Source: Dimorphilus gyrociliatus (taxonomy: Eukaryota; Animalia; Annelida). Taken from it: 64,000 nucleotides of DNA. Shown in pieces: positions 41,777-54,661 of this stretch. Every line of letters starts with the position of its first letter. Positions within the stretch are counted from its first letter, which is position 1. The stretch is taken from contig CAJFCJ010000005.1 of assembly GCA_904063045.1 (NCBI GenBank), positions 4,307,689-4,371,688 of the forward strand, in the 5' to 3' direction. Below the pieces are notes generated by a model. It had not been told where the DNA came from and made no database searches. It worked only from the letters and a program-made list of their open reading frames with translations. A program made the translations under genes and the position numbers.

Positions 41777-43224
41777 AAGTAAGGAAATAATAAAAAGAGA
41801 AAGAAAAGGAAGAAGAAAGGAAAAAACTTTGTAATGGAATAACCAAAGTATGTAAGTTTTTTCTTCTTATAAAAATAATATAAGAAATGAATTATTTAAG
41901 TTGCTAATTAAGCCTTTGACGACAAACTCAATAAATTGCCAGATTTAATATAAGCTCGGAGGGGTTTGGAATTAAAGTAGAGTAAACAAAATCCTGCTCC
42001 GAAATCCATTTAGAAGCATTGAACGTACAAACAATAAATTGACTATTCATGTTGGTAAACATTATCGATATTATCCTCATTAGTCTTAAAATGAATTTTC
42101 CGTTCCGCCACGGATAACTAGTCGATTTTCAAGATTTTCATCGATCATTCAAAAATATAATATTTTCCGTTTACTTACGATGGAGAAGGAGAGATTCTCT
42201 CTCTCTCTCTCTGTATTTATCTACTTCTCCGTCTGTTCTATTCTTCCTATTTTCTTTCACGCTATACCTATCCTTCTCCTCTTCCTCTTCCTCTCATCTT
42301 TCCTCTTTCCCTTTCCTCTTCCTCTATCTGTCTATTTGTTCCATTTTCTCTCTCTCTCTCTCTCTCTTTCCCTCGCTCCCCTCCCCCTCTCTCTACCCCG
42401 AACGCTCGACTAATATCGATCAATGGTAGACATATAATGATAATTTTATAATTAAACACAAAAAAACTCTTCTATCCTCTCTCTTTCTGTCTCGTTTTCC
42501 GCATTCGTCAAACAATGAACGCTGGCGCCGTGTAGCAGTTTGCAATCAAACGCAATAAGTCATAAACAAGCACAAAACAGCAACATAAGTGGCATATACA
42601 GCAGTCTTCTATTGAAAAACACGCTGTATATAAGTTAAAAAGAAAAAAGAAATAAAAAAACAAAGTCCATTTAGTAGGTCATAGTCAGTCGTTAACAATC
42701 AAAGAATATTGTAAATTTCTACCTATATACTGTATATATAAATTAGAGAAATATTAAAATGGATTAGTAGAAAAGCAGAAAGAACAAATGGGTTAATAAG
42801 AGAGTGGAAGAGCGAGGAAGAATATACTATATGCGAAACGAAACAAGAGCAAGATGTAGCCTATAGACTCTCTCTGGAAAGAGGCATCACTATAAAACTT
42901 ATACAATTTGATAACCCGGTAAACAATCTTTATAAACAGTATAAACTGAATGGATGTATGTAGTTAATACTTGTATATTTTAATAGCTTACATAAAAACT
43001 ATACCAGTTTTTATTTATTGTTTATGCCTTCATTTAAAATTTTAATATGTTGTTTATTGTTTGCCTTTTACAATTGAATTGAGTCCCATCTGTGTAATTT
43101 TGCAAAAAGACTTGGATTAGAGCGTTAATTCGGCCAAAAAAGGAACGCTTCTATGGGAATAATTATTCTTTCGGTTCGTCGAAGCGTTTAATTCGGACGG
43201 TAAAAAGAAAGAAAAAGAGAGGGA

Positions 43225-43260
<36 letters not shown>

Positions 43261-43286
43261 AATAGGGAAATTTACTTTTTTCAATA

Positions 43287-44252
43287 NNNNNNNNNNNNNN
43301 NNNNNNNNNNNNNNNNNNNNNNNNNNNNNNNNNNNNNNNNNNNNNNNNNNNNNNNNNNNNNNNNNNNNNNNNNNNNNNNNNNNNNNNNNNNNNNNNNNNN
43401 NNNNNNNNNNNNNNNNNNNNNNNNNNNNNNNNNNNNNNNNNNNNNNNNNNNNNNNNNNNNNNNNNNNNNNNNNNNNNNNNNNNNNNNNNNNNNNNNNNNN
43501 NNNNNNNNNNNNNNNNNNNNNNNNNNNNNNNNNNNNNNNNNNNNNNNNNNNNNNNNNNNNNNNNNNNNNNNNNNNNNNNNNNNNNNNNNNNNNNNNNNNN
43601 NNNNNNNNNNNNNNNNNNNNNNNNNNNNNNNNNNNNNNNNNNNNNNNNNNNNNNNNNNNNNNNNNNNNNNNNNNNNNNNNNNNNNNNNNNNNNNNNNNNN
43701 NNNNNNNNNNNNNNNNNNNNNNNNNNNNNNNNNNNNNNNNNNNNNNNNNNNNNNNNNNNNNNNNNNNNNNNNNNNNNNNNNNNNNNNNNNNNNNNNNNNN
43801 NNNNNNNNNNNNNNNNNNNNNNNNNNNNNNNNNNNNNNNNNNNNNNNNNNNNNNNNNNNNNNNNNNNNNNNNNNNNNNNNNNNNNNNNNNNNNNNNNNNN
43901 NNNNNNNNNNNNNNNNNNNNNNNNNNNNNNNNNNNNNNNNNNNNNNNNNNNNNNNNNNNNNNNNNNNNNNNNNNNNNNNNNNNNNNNNNNNNNNNNNNNN
44001 NNNNNNNNNNNNNNNNNNNNNNNNNNNNNNNNNNNNNNNNNNNNNNNNNNNNNNNNNNNNNNNNNNNNNNNNNNNNNNNNNNNNNNNNNNNNNNNNNNNN
44101 NNNNNNNNNNNNNNNNNNNNNNNNNNNNNNNNNNNNNNNNNNNNNNNNNNNNNNNNNNNNNNNNNNNNNNNNNNNNNNNNNNNNNNNNNNNNNNNNNNNN
44201 NNNNNNNNNNNNNNNNNNNNNNNNNNNNNNNNNNNNNNNNNNNNNNNNNNNN
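43287..44252. other. Assembly gap (966 N)
   Basis: Run of N. The X-filled ORF 43281-44261 is an artefact. Confidence 1.
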
Positions 44253-45217
44253 TATATACATTTATAACTCTATAGATTGTCTAACGAGCAGACTGCAAGG
44301 TGTATAATCCGAGTTAGAGTGTAAAGATGCTAGTAGAATGGAATATATGATGCGTGTATTCTTGATTTAAAAAGTCTGTATCAAGATATTCATAGTAGCT
44401 ACAGAATACTCTTTATATAGGTAGAGTGTAGTATAGAATACACGGCGACGCGTATATCTATCTATCTATATGCTCAGTAGTATGTTTCTTTATATGCTTC
44501 ACACAACGCCCCTGCATTAAAAATATACACTACTCTGATTAATAAAGCAAAGAAATGCGATGACAAACAAGAAAATTCAATAACCAGAACACACCTTACA
44601 GCTACTTTGTTTTCACGCAAGTTGGTACGTGCGTTTTTATGTTGTCTACGCCTATTCACAATTCTTATTAATTTTTATTAATTCTTGTATATTATCTTGT
44701 TTGTAATTGTTTGCAAACAAGAGCTTGTGTATACGTGCGTACGTATACGCGTATACGTCCGTTTACGCATTATGAGAACGACTGCGGCGTTACTCACGCT
44801 CACTTATCAACACAGTTCGTTTGCCATTTCACGGTCGTCTTCTACTATTTCTCTCTTTCCTTTTGATTACATTAATAAACCATTACGTCAACCTGTTTGT
44901 ACTCTAGTAACATATTGCTTAGTTTGTCAGTTATAGGCTAGTATAAAATGAAAACGAGAATAAGAAGATGGTATCGGCTTTCATTTATAAAGTCGGTTAG
45001 GGTTAAGAGTTGGAAATAAATTCTGTAGACATGTTTAAATTAACTCCATACTCTTTCTTTTTCTGCTTTTCCCCATTATTTATTATTTTTCATTCCCTCT
45101 CTCTCCCTCCCCCACTTTTTTTTTCTCTCTCTCTCTCTCTCTTTTCGTTGTCCAATAAATTTTCTAAATTAAATAATCTATTATTAGTTTTTTCTATTTC
45201 TCCTCATCAGCTCTGGG

Positions 45218-46559
45218 ATGACTAGAATTTCAACTTTTGCTCTACTTTTATGCGCATGCATCATACGAACAACAGGTGAGTTGTCTCGCAAATATGTCTT
45301 ATTAATGAGTCTGAAATTGTCGGCATTTTCGAGTCCATCAAATAGTAATAGTCTATATTATGATAGGCCTAGAAAGTGCAAATTTTATTGTCATATCGTC
45401 CGTCAAACAAAAGCTTCATTAGAGTAAGTGCTTATGTTTCCCTTGATAATCACTTCAATAATCCAATCAACATTTCATAAGCTATCAGAGAGGTGCGCTT
45501 CCTCGTTTACCGAATAAGAATAACAATAACAGTAATAAAAAAATAACATTATACAATGAGAGAAATGGAATATTAAAAAAAAAGACCAGAGGTGAATTGT
45601 ATCTATAAAATCCCATCCTCCCGCTTCCCTTCTATAGTTTTTTTCTCTCTCTCATTCTACACCTCTCGACCATTCTCTCACTTTCCATCTCCCCTCGATT
45701 AGATAATTTCTAAGCGTTCCTGGAAAACACCGCGTGATGCCGTTACTGACAGTGTCCGGTAGTTACGTCAGCCTTAATTATAAGTATTACGCAAGACGAT
45801 CGAACGATTGCGTAAGATTTTGCGGCAGCGGGGCGAAAACGAATGCTGATTAGTGAATAAATAACAGAGTCGTGACGCACCTGCCTTTAAATTTCTCACG
45901 AGTGGTCCCCGTTTCGATCGTCTCTTTGCTACTTATATTATTCAGTTAATATCTCTCTGCTACCTTTCTTCTCATCATTTATACTTCCATCTCCCTCTTT
46001 TAGAATTACACCTACAATATGATTTTAATTCAGTGGTTTATATCAATAATGCTCCCTTCCTCTCCCTATTTTCCCAATGATTATAATCACTTTTTCGCCC
46101 CGCTTTGCAATATATCGTTTGAATAATTTATTCTTGTTCGACGTCGAATTCGCTAATCGAAAATTGCGCACTACGATTCAACCCCACAAATCTTTCCGAC
46201 TTAGCAAAAGACTCCAGATTATGCGAATCGTGACAAACTCTAGCTTTGCTTTTCTTCCTCTTCCTCTCCACAGAACCCTGTTCTTTTCATACGGCCACTA
46301 TTAACGGCCATAAATGCCTAGGATTTCTTTCCTGTTCCAACATGTGTTTATTTTCGGAGCTAACTTTCTCAATTTCATTCTTTTTCTCTTCTTCATTTTG
46401 TCGGATAACCTTGCGTTCCGTAAACAAGGCCCCGCCCACGTCACTGCTACTTTCGTCTACCTTTTGCCTCGTTTCTACCCTAGCAACCAACAGATTAAAT
46501 TAAAACATGTATATATGTATTTTTTCCTCGTCTCTCTCTCCATCTGCCCCCTCCCCCCC

Positions 46560-46592
<33 letters not shown>

Positions 46593-49500
46593 TTCTTCAT
46601 TCCACTCTTTCTCCCCCATACTCTATAACAATAGAGCAGAGACCGTCTATGAAATGCCAATAGTTACCTCCCTCTTACCCTGCTTCACCCCTTGGCTTCC
46701 GCCCATATCAGCCCTCCTTCCAGCCACGTCGAGTACCATCATCTGTAGAACGCCCCTCTGCGCTATAACTGTCCAACGAAACAGATAGGATCAGAAGCCG
46801 ACGTCCGCATTAAGCGCACTTTGATTACATGTTTAGGCCTACAACTAGCTCTTAATTATTACACGCTTCCTTTTTCTCCCTCTTCCGGTTCCGGGGCACA
46901 TACAGTGAGTCAAGATAGGGCATGCGAATTCCCAAACTTCCTAAGGGCAAAGAACAAAATGGGAAATGGTCGGATTTGGTACAGCGAGACGACTTATCTC
47001 ACAAACAGTGTAAAATATGAAAAACAGAAGAAGATAACCGTGGGAGAAGCAACGATAAATATTGAAATGTTTGTAAGTAGGCGTTATTTCCGGGAAGCGT
47101 TGCTTCCATGTTCTCCTTTGCTTCTCTTCCTCCCTTCTCCTCGTAATTGGAGCAAGGAGACGATGACGCTCTGTCAATAAGACGACTAAGCGTCATATTA
47201 ATTATGTTTAATAACCATAATGAAAAAATAATGACGAAATGTATTTTTATAGACGCCGTGCCTTACCGTCTCTGACGATTACGACTGTCACAGTCAACCC
47301 GTAACCCATGTGACCACCTGGACCTGTTTGGGACATTCTGTACTCGATAACCATTACAGGATAAAGATCGAGAACGAGAAGCAGTACGTGTTCACTCTAT
47401 AGGCCTTCATTTTAAACGCATTAGTAGCTATAACAACTGACTCCGGACACCGGAAATATGGAGGTGTTAACGGAAACGGTTTAAAAATATATATTTAATC
47501 TAGTGGAAAAAAACTTCTTGACCAATGGCTATTAAATATTATGGGGTTTTTTATTTATCAAAGGGTCCCGACACACGCTAAACAGCGCTTTTTCCTTCTT
47601 AGTCTACTTTCTTTTCTATTATATTCCTTTTATATTTAAATATTAAAAAAACGTTTGATTTCATTTTTTTTGCTTTTTTTTCTTCCCTTCATATTTCAAC
47701 AAACAACAGGGAAAAGGTTTTCAGCTGCGTCAAGTTCATTAAACGCAATGACAACGTCGTTCAAGTATATTCAGGTGAGTTGTATATTTTTACGAAAGAG
47801 GCGTCTGTTAGAGACAATTTCAACCCCGACCGTAGTACCCTTCGCTTCCGTATTTCCTCCCTTCAACCCATTCAACCGTTTGGCGGGTTTTTTTTTACCC
47901 GATTCGAATCAATCATCCCACTGTCCACCACCGAAATTGCGTCCTTTTCAAACTTTGGGGAATAAAGAATAAAGCTGACTATGACAATAGTAGGGACGAC
48001 ACTGAAGTCTAGAAGAACAACAACGACAGTAGGGGTTTGACCGGGGCACCCATAGACAATTTCCAAGAGGCAAACAGTTTGATACACAATGAACACATTT
48101 GCCCAATTTCGTCCCTTTTTTTATATTGCTCATTTAGCCGGTTCCTTTCAAATGTACCTCGGCTCAATGCTCGACACGTTTATCATTTTGTCCAACAGAA
48201 AAATATCAACCCTTAAGGGGGTAGTAAGAGGGCAAAAGGGTGAGTGGGCGGCTGTGTTGATGTGTGGTGAGAGAAAGGCGGCGGTCGATGTTTAAGAATT
48301 ATGTAACAAAATTGAATGGGCGACAAGAGGTGTTTAGTTTCGGGCCGCTCATTAAATCGCCATCCGTTCTTTTCCCGTCTTTTTGTTTTTTTATTATACA
48401 TTGCCTCTTTTACGTAGATGAGAGAAACTTTATATTTATTTACATCAAACAGTAGTCGATAAGGTATGCGTAAGGGTTTTCCCTTCTTTCTCTGTCTCTC
48501 TCCACGTGTCTCTTTCCCTTCGACAGATGAATATACTAACCACTTTCCTAGTTTTTGCTTCTAAAAACACAGCCAGTAAGAAACATACGCAATATACCTT
48601 ACCAAATCCATAACGTGGGGATTATTATCCTATCCAGAGAGGATAACATAGCGGATTAAAAAAAAAATAGCCTCAGGTGCTCATCTTTCTCCGCACTCTC
48701 TATTCCCCTCCCTCCCTCCCCCTCTCTCTCTCTCTGCCTGTCTGCCTGTCTGTCTGTCTCTCTCTCGCTCTCGCTCTCCCTCTCTCTCCCTTTGCTTATA
48801 GTTTATAAATAATAAAAATTCTCCGGAGCGGAGCGCAACGATACCTTACAAAAGAAACAAAACGAAATTGAGATAAACATAATGTACCTTGCGGTAAAAT
48901 ACGATTATATTGTCATTGCATCATAGAAGCTCAATGATAACGCAATCTCATCGCACTTAAGCTCCATTAGAATATTCTCCTTTTTATTCCATTTACACGC
49001 TACATTGTCGCTTTCCGTGTCTTGGCCTGCCAGGCTATGAAAACCTATACGCTAATATGGCAACAAACACTAACCAAATTACGCTATTTTATCCCTTTTT
49101 TTACGCTATTCCTATTAGAGGAATAAGAAATTATAGGTATATATCCTATAATCCGAGTGGAGCGTCACCACTAACAGACAATACATATACATCCAGGTAG
49201 ATAACCCCCTTTGCCTATCGTCTAACAGATGCTAGCCTTACAGTTTTAGTTATTGTTTTTTTTTCTTTCCTATTTTTTACTTAATCTGTTTCTCTCAATT
49301 ACAGCCGTTCCGAATACAGAGAACTTCGAGAAACTCTGCAAAGAAGAGGCCCTACAGAGAAAGGACTGGCCTTGGATAAGTGAGTAGACTAATCGCTGAA
49401 ATTATATTCCTATATTCTTTTCACCTTCTTTACTTACTTTTCTTTCTATCTTTCTCTTTTCTAATGAAAAAAAAATCAAAATTTCTCTTTTTCTCATCTA

Positions 49501-49687
49501 TCTTTCTCTCGCTCTACCGCTTAAGTAACGCTTATATAGGCCTAGGGGGGTTTCGGGGACGGCTTGAGTAACCTCTTATCGCCTAGCCCAGGGCCTTCGG
49601 TCGAAGAAAATGCCGAAGCAAACAATCCCCGACGAATCGAGTGTTTATCGAGCTGCCGCTTTCGGCAAACAGACTGAGTAAGAGAGA

Positions 49688-49722
<35 letters not shown>

Positions 49723-52307
49723 TAAGCGAGCTAGCGAACGAACAAACGAGCGAACGATTGAGTGAATGAGTAGAGGAAGAGAAGAGAGAGGAAAAAGTGT
49801 CACTCTTCCGCTTGGCTTCTTTAGCGCAAACTTGAGCGTAATTTACCTAATAATTGATTATTAGCTGTTTATTAAAAGACCTATTTTTATGTCGGAGAAG
49901 GTTAAAAGAAATTGCAGCCAAGTGATTAACAAGCGTCAAAAATTCTAAATAAGCAAAGGCTAAATGAATAAAGTAGCGTGTCTTTTAACGCGAAGAACAA
50001 GCTATGTGTAGAGAAATTACCAATTCCAATGTAGCGTATATTAAGTGGAAGAGTGAGCAAGATTAAACAACTCTAGATTGTAGTAATATTTCTCTTTCTC
50101 TTCTTTCTTCCATTATATTGTATATTCAATCAATGTCTCGTGTAAATAACGTATAAATTGAAAGAGAATTAACCTTATCTTTATTCAAAAAGAGAACTCC
50201 TCCTTTCTCTCTCTCGGAAAAATTGTTTTCTATTTTTTCTTTATTTAACATTAGCAGCTGTAAGAAATTACTTGCCAAAATAATAATACATAACTCCCAC
50301 ACGAAAACTACTCATCTTCTTATTTCTTCTCCATCTTTCTCTCTTTTTAGCTTTCTTCCTTTCTTCCTTCATCCATCTTTCTCTTATTCATTTGTTCTTT
50401 TTACGTGTGTATATATATACATGTATAGACTTTCTTCTTTTTCTTCCTCGTGATAAACTGACCCAATCTGATGTAGTCTAGTTATTTATTTCTTTTCTTC
50501 TTTTCTCGTTTCTTCTCTCTCTTTTCCTATATAATTAAATAAAAAAAATACTCTCTTCTTTTTATAGGTAAGGATAAAGATAGCTGGTCTGAATGTCCCC
50601 TATTGGGAGGCTTCGATTTCCGTAGTCATTGGATAAGTAAAAAGTTGCATCATCAAGAGGTAAGTAACTAAAGAAATGATGACAGAGTTGACGCGTAAAT
50701 TACATGGGATTTCTTAACTGCTCACCGATTTTCGATATTTTCCCCCCTGTTATTCATTTTTCTCTCTCTACTATTTTCTCTTTCTCCATTTCCTCTCCCC
50801 AACTCTCGCCCCCCTCCTATGAACGCCATCTCACCCATCTCAAAACGCTGTGACAATAATGGTGACGAAGACGCCGCCATTAACAGTGCCATACCACCAC
50901 CCAATCTCTACTTTTGAGCTGCCTCCTGCTGAAGAGAAGACAAGTTGAGATAAAAATGCCGGCGTCTAATGCATGCGAAATGAACTAACGGCGTTAGCGT
51001 GGTGGTACTCGCACGATTGTATACAGTTTGATTGATGACGCCGTATTGTGGGGTAACCCTGTCATTTGACCTTTTTCTTTTGATTCTTAGTAGAACGATG
51101 TAGTGGGCGGGGGCGGGGGGAGAGGGGGAGTAATAGAGGCCGTCAATAAATTCTAAACCTTACCCCAATCTACAACGACCCATTATAAAACTATAATAAA
51201 AAGCAATATTTTTTTCCTGCCGTTTACTTTTCCCTGAAATATTTCTTACTCTTTGAAAGAGGAAATAAATTTCTATTCGTCCTTTAGCTATGTCGAAAAG
51301 TATGGAGACCTTCAAGGCTGGAAAGCGAATGCGTGATGGGGGAAGGAATGATCTTCCACTTTCCACAGAACACGTGTAATCCTTTCGCAAAAAGGGGAAA
51401 ACGTGAGTCTTGATTTGATAAATTTTTAAACGGTCTTATCTGATTTTTCTATAAAGAAATTAGACGCTCGTTCCTCACACACTCCTCTTTCTCTTTCTAA
51501 TTCTTTGTTGTTATTTCAGATCATCGTCTCTACTGCTGGGCTCATTGGTCAGAAAGCGGCTACATTTTCATAGTTCTCGGCCAACATCACAAGCATCTAC
51601 CGCAATACGTCATGGTAAATTTCGCACAGCATTAATTAGGCCTAATTACTGCGTTGCCTTATATTCGAGATGGACTTTAACTCCTTATAGAATTCCAATG
51701 CTTTCTTAATATTCTACACTCGAAATCGACTAGACTCTAGGCTAATTAGGCATAAATGCTATGTTTACTTTCAATTAAGAGTCCTACCCGAAACAGAGAC
51801 TGCCGACGAATACGGAAATGATGTCAACGTTCAAAGCTAAACTCTACTTTAGCCCAGTAGCCCTTCTCGATTCTGTCGGGCAACCACCCGATAAAGTAAC
51901 AGCTATTCAATTAGAGATGGCCAGAAGTGGTAAGTGCCTTCCTCCTTTCTTCTAAATGAAATCTATGAACAAATATAACGAGCGCCATCTATTGGAAAAA
52001 AGAGGGAAAGGGACTTTGGATTTTTTAGGAAGATTAAAGGAGCATATATAGAGAATAGTTAGGTAACGAGAGAAAGGAAAAAAATCCAAGTTCGACCTGC
52101 ATTGGAGTAATATTGATAATCTTGTAGAAAGTAGAGACAGAGTAAAGAGAAATAGATTGCTTGAAAGAATTATTTAATAATATCATAAAGGGGGCGGGGG
52201 GTGGGTGCGAGGGAAGGGGTTTAGTAAAAGAAAACGAAGAGTTCATAAGAATAGCGATAGGGAAAGGAATAAATAGATATGGACATAGAGATAGAGAGAT
52301 AGAATAG

Positions 52308-52348
<41 letters not shown>

Positions 52349-54661
52349 GAAAGAGAGAGAAAGAGAGATAGATAGAAAAACTATCAAAGAAATATGAAAA
52401 AATAATAACAATAATAAACTAAACAGGATTAATAGGATTAATTTATAAAAGAAATAACAAAATATTGCAGAAGTGGGAAATTGTTACGATGAAGATCCAA
52501 TAGGATGCAAGAAGTTTGCAGCTGAAGGAAAGTGTTTTTCAACAGAAGGCAATTACAAGATTTATTGTCAAAAGTCTTGTAATCTTTGTAGTGAGTATAA
52601 TTATTTGATTTATTGAAGAAATGAGAAAATGCGTATAGGCGTAAAGGAGGTAAATTGAAAAAATACACGTTAATTATCATCTCAGCTCCTCGCGGCATGC
52701 CCCAAGGCGAATGTGCATTTTCGGATAAAATAACAAAGTCTTTGCATTGGTACCTGTTCGAGAATACATGGGAGGATTTAATTACATTTAAAAGTGCTGG
52801 TGATGACAGACTCGGCCGGTTAACCCAATTAAACTCTAGAAAACTTGGTACATTTACTTGTAAAAGTGTTGACAAACAATACAACAGCTACGAATACGCT
52901 ACCGTCTCCTATTATAACAACGGATGGTTTGTCTAATACTTAACGCCTTTAACGTCCTTTTTCCTAATCTATTTTTATAGCCGGCCCAGATATACTTGCA
53001 TTAACTTTGAAACGACTGACGATATCAGCCTAATCAAGTTTCGAATGTGTAAGTAAAACCTCCTTGGGGAAGAGTGCAAACGATAGGGGGAGGGGAGGGG
53101 AGGGGAGGGGAGGGAGACATGGGTGGAAAGAACTAAAGGAAGAGGGTAAACAACGAGGCAGTAAGAAAGAGTATCTTTCCAATTCTATTGTCATAAGAAA
53201 ACTCTTCCCCTTTTCGTTTGTTCTATTAGTTTTAAAAAACTTTACACCATTTATCTTCGTAGCCGAGAGTTCCTTGCTTAACTTGGAAATTCAAAAATTA
53301 TGCAAATATAGAGATTATCCACGTGTTTTAAGGAATAACGTCGTTTCAAAAGAATACAAGATTCTTCTATGTGAGTGTTATTTCTATTTTAATGATTTAA
53401 AGCTTTTTCTTCCCGTCGTCTTACTCTTTCTCCTTTCGTCCGCACCGAGATGAAGGGAAAGAGGAAAGGGGAGATGGGGGAGGAAGAAAAACAACACGCC
53501 GGCTGTCTGTATAATTTGCTAATTATATAGCCGCTAACTATACAACATCGATGGACTGCGGAATACACGGAAGTATGGAGGCTACGTTTTCTGACAAGAA
53601 CAATCTCCAGTGCGAAGGACACGTCTCCGATTGGAATAAGGCGTCGTGTACAGTTCAACCTTCTCTTACGGTTTCGTACAGGCGGTCGAGATGCGAGATG
53701 AGTACCGCTCCTCATAACGATTCATTACAATTTACAGGTAATTAGAGTTAATTATATTTTCCATTTGACCTCAAATAGATATGTAAGTAACGTCACTCGG
53801 GACGAGACGCCTGTCAAAAGTTTTATTCTCTCTAGACGCTCACGCAAACAATGATAAATTAATCATTAATTAAATTAATTACTTAATTAATAGATTCATT
53901 AATTCAGTAATTGGCTTTTCATTTCAGTTCACCTATGTAGAGCCTTTATATACGTGAAAGCATACGGACATAGTATACTCATAACACAAACGCCGTCAGA
54001 TTCTCAATTGTACAGATGTTGGGTAAGAGAGTCGATCATTGCGGTTCATTCTTATCATTTCTTTATTTGCAGATAATATTCAATTATCCAGAGAGAATGA
54101 ACGAAAAACCGTGGAGAAACGCCGTACTTTTAAATAGAGGCCAATGCGGTAAAGCAACAGATTTTAGACAATTAGAAAAGAAAGACGTCATATTTGAGAC
54201 CCGAATGTCGTCTGGTAAGTATCTCTTGAAAGATTATTAATAAATATATCATTTTATCTTCTCTTCCCCTTCCTAAAAGCTATATATTATAGTCTTTATT
54301 CAATTATTATTGAATTTGACCTATTGCCACTAAGATTATAGTAGTGGTTATCATTCGACTCGTAGGGTTATATTTTTCTTTTCTTGTTTATTTACTTTAT
54401 TATATAGCCTCCTTTCAACCATTTGCAGACAATGTAGATACAACCTGTAGGACGAAAAATCGCAACCGCTATGGAAAACCTACTTATGGTCCCAATTTTA
54501 TACCAAGAAAGTCGGATAATAGCCCAACAAATAACCGCCAAGCGAGAAACGGCGAACATGATCGATCTTCTTATAGTATCAGAGGATCGTCAACAACTCC
54601 ATCTATTTGTTTTCATCACTTGATTATTGGCTCCATCTTGTGTTATTTAGTAAAATTTTAG
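45218..54661 (+). CDS. Secreted, probably GPI-anchored cysteine-rich repeat protein with an internal ShKT domain, 17 exons, about 719 aa
   Basis: Exons 45218-45275, 46906-47072, 47253-47383, 47710-47774, 49305-49379, 50568-50659, 51288-51402, 51520-51614, 51782-51929, 52471-52590, 52686-52926, 52981-53048, 53263-53370, 53531-53737, 53928-54022, 54073-54214 and 54429-54661 all join in phase (2160 nt). Signal peptide MTRISTFALLLCACIIRTT. Repeated motifs CEFP..L / ECAF, FSCVKF..R..NVVQ / YTCINF, CPLLGGF / CGIHG. Hydrophobic C-terminal tail HHLIIGSILCYLVKF*. Confidence 0.85.
46428..46490. promoter_or_regulatory. Promoter- or enhancer-like motif cluster in intron 1 of the secreted-protein gene
   Basis: GC box CCCCGCCC overlapping CCACGTCA (reverse TGACGTGG, a bZIP site), with an RFX-like half site CTAGCAACC nearby. 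Confidence 0.3.
52471..52590 (+). other. ShKT (ShK toxin-like) domain encoded by a single phase 1-1 exon
   Basis: CYDEDPIGCKKFAAEGKCFSTEGNYKIYCQKSCNLC has six Cys spaced C-x7-C-x8-C-x10-C-x3-C-x2-C. Confidence 0.9.

Noticed and set aside
43281-44261. 326-aa ORF in the track
   Set aside because: Artefact of the N gap.
46287-46490. 67-aa minus ORF
   Set aside because: TTG start, overlaps promoter-like motifs, no domain.
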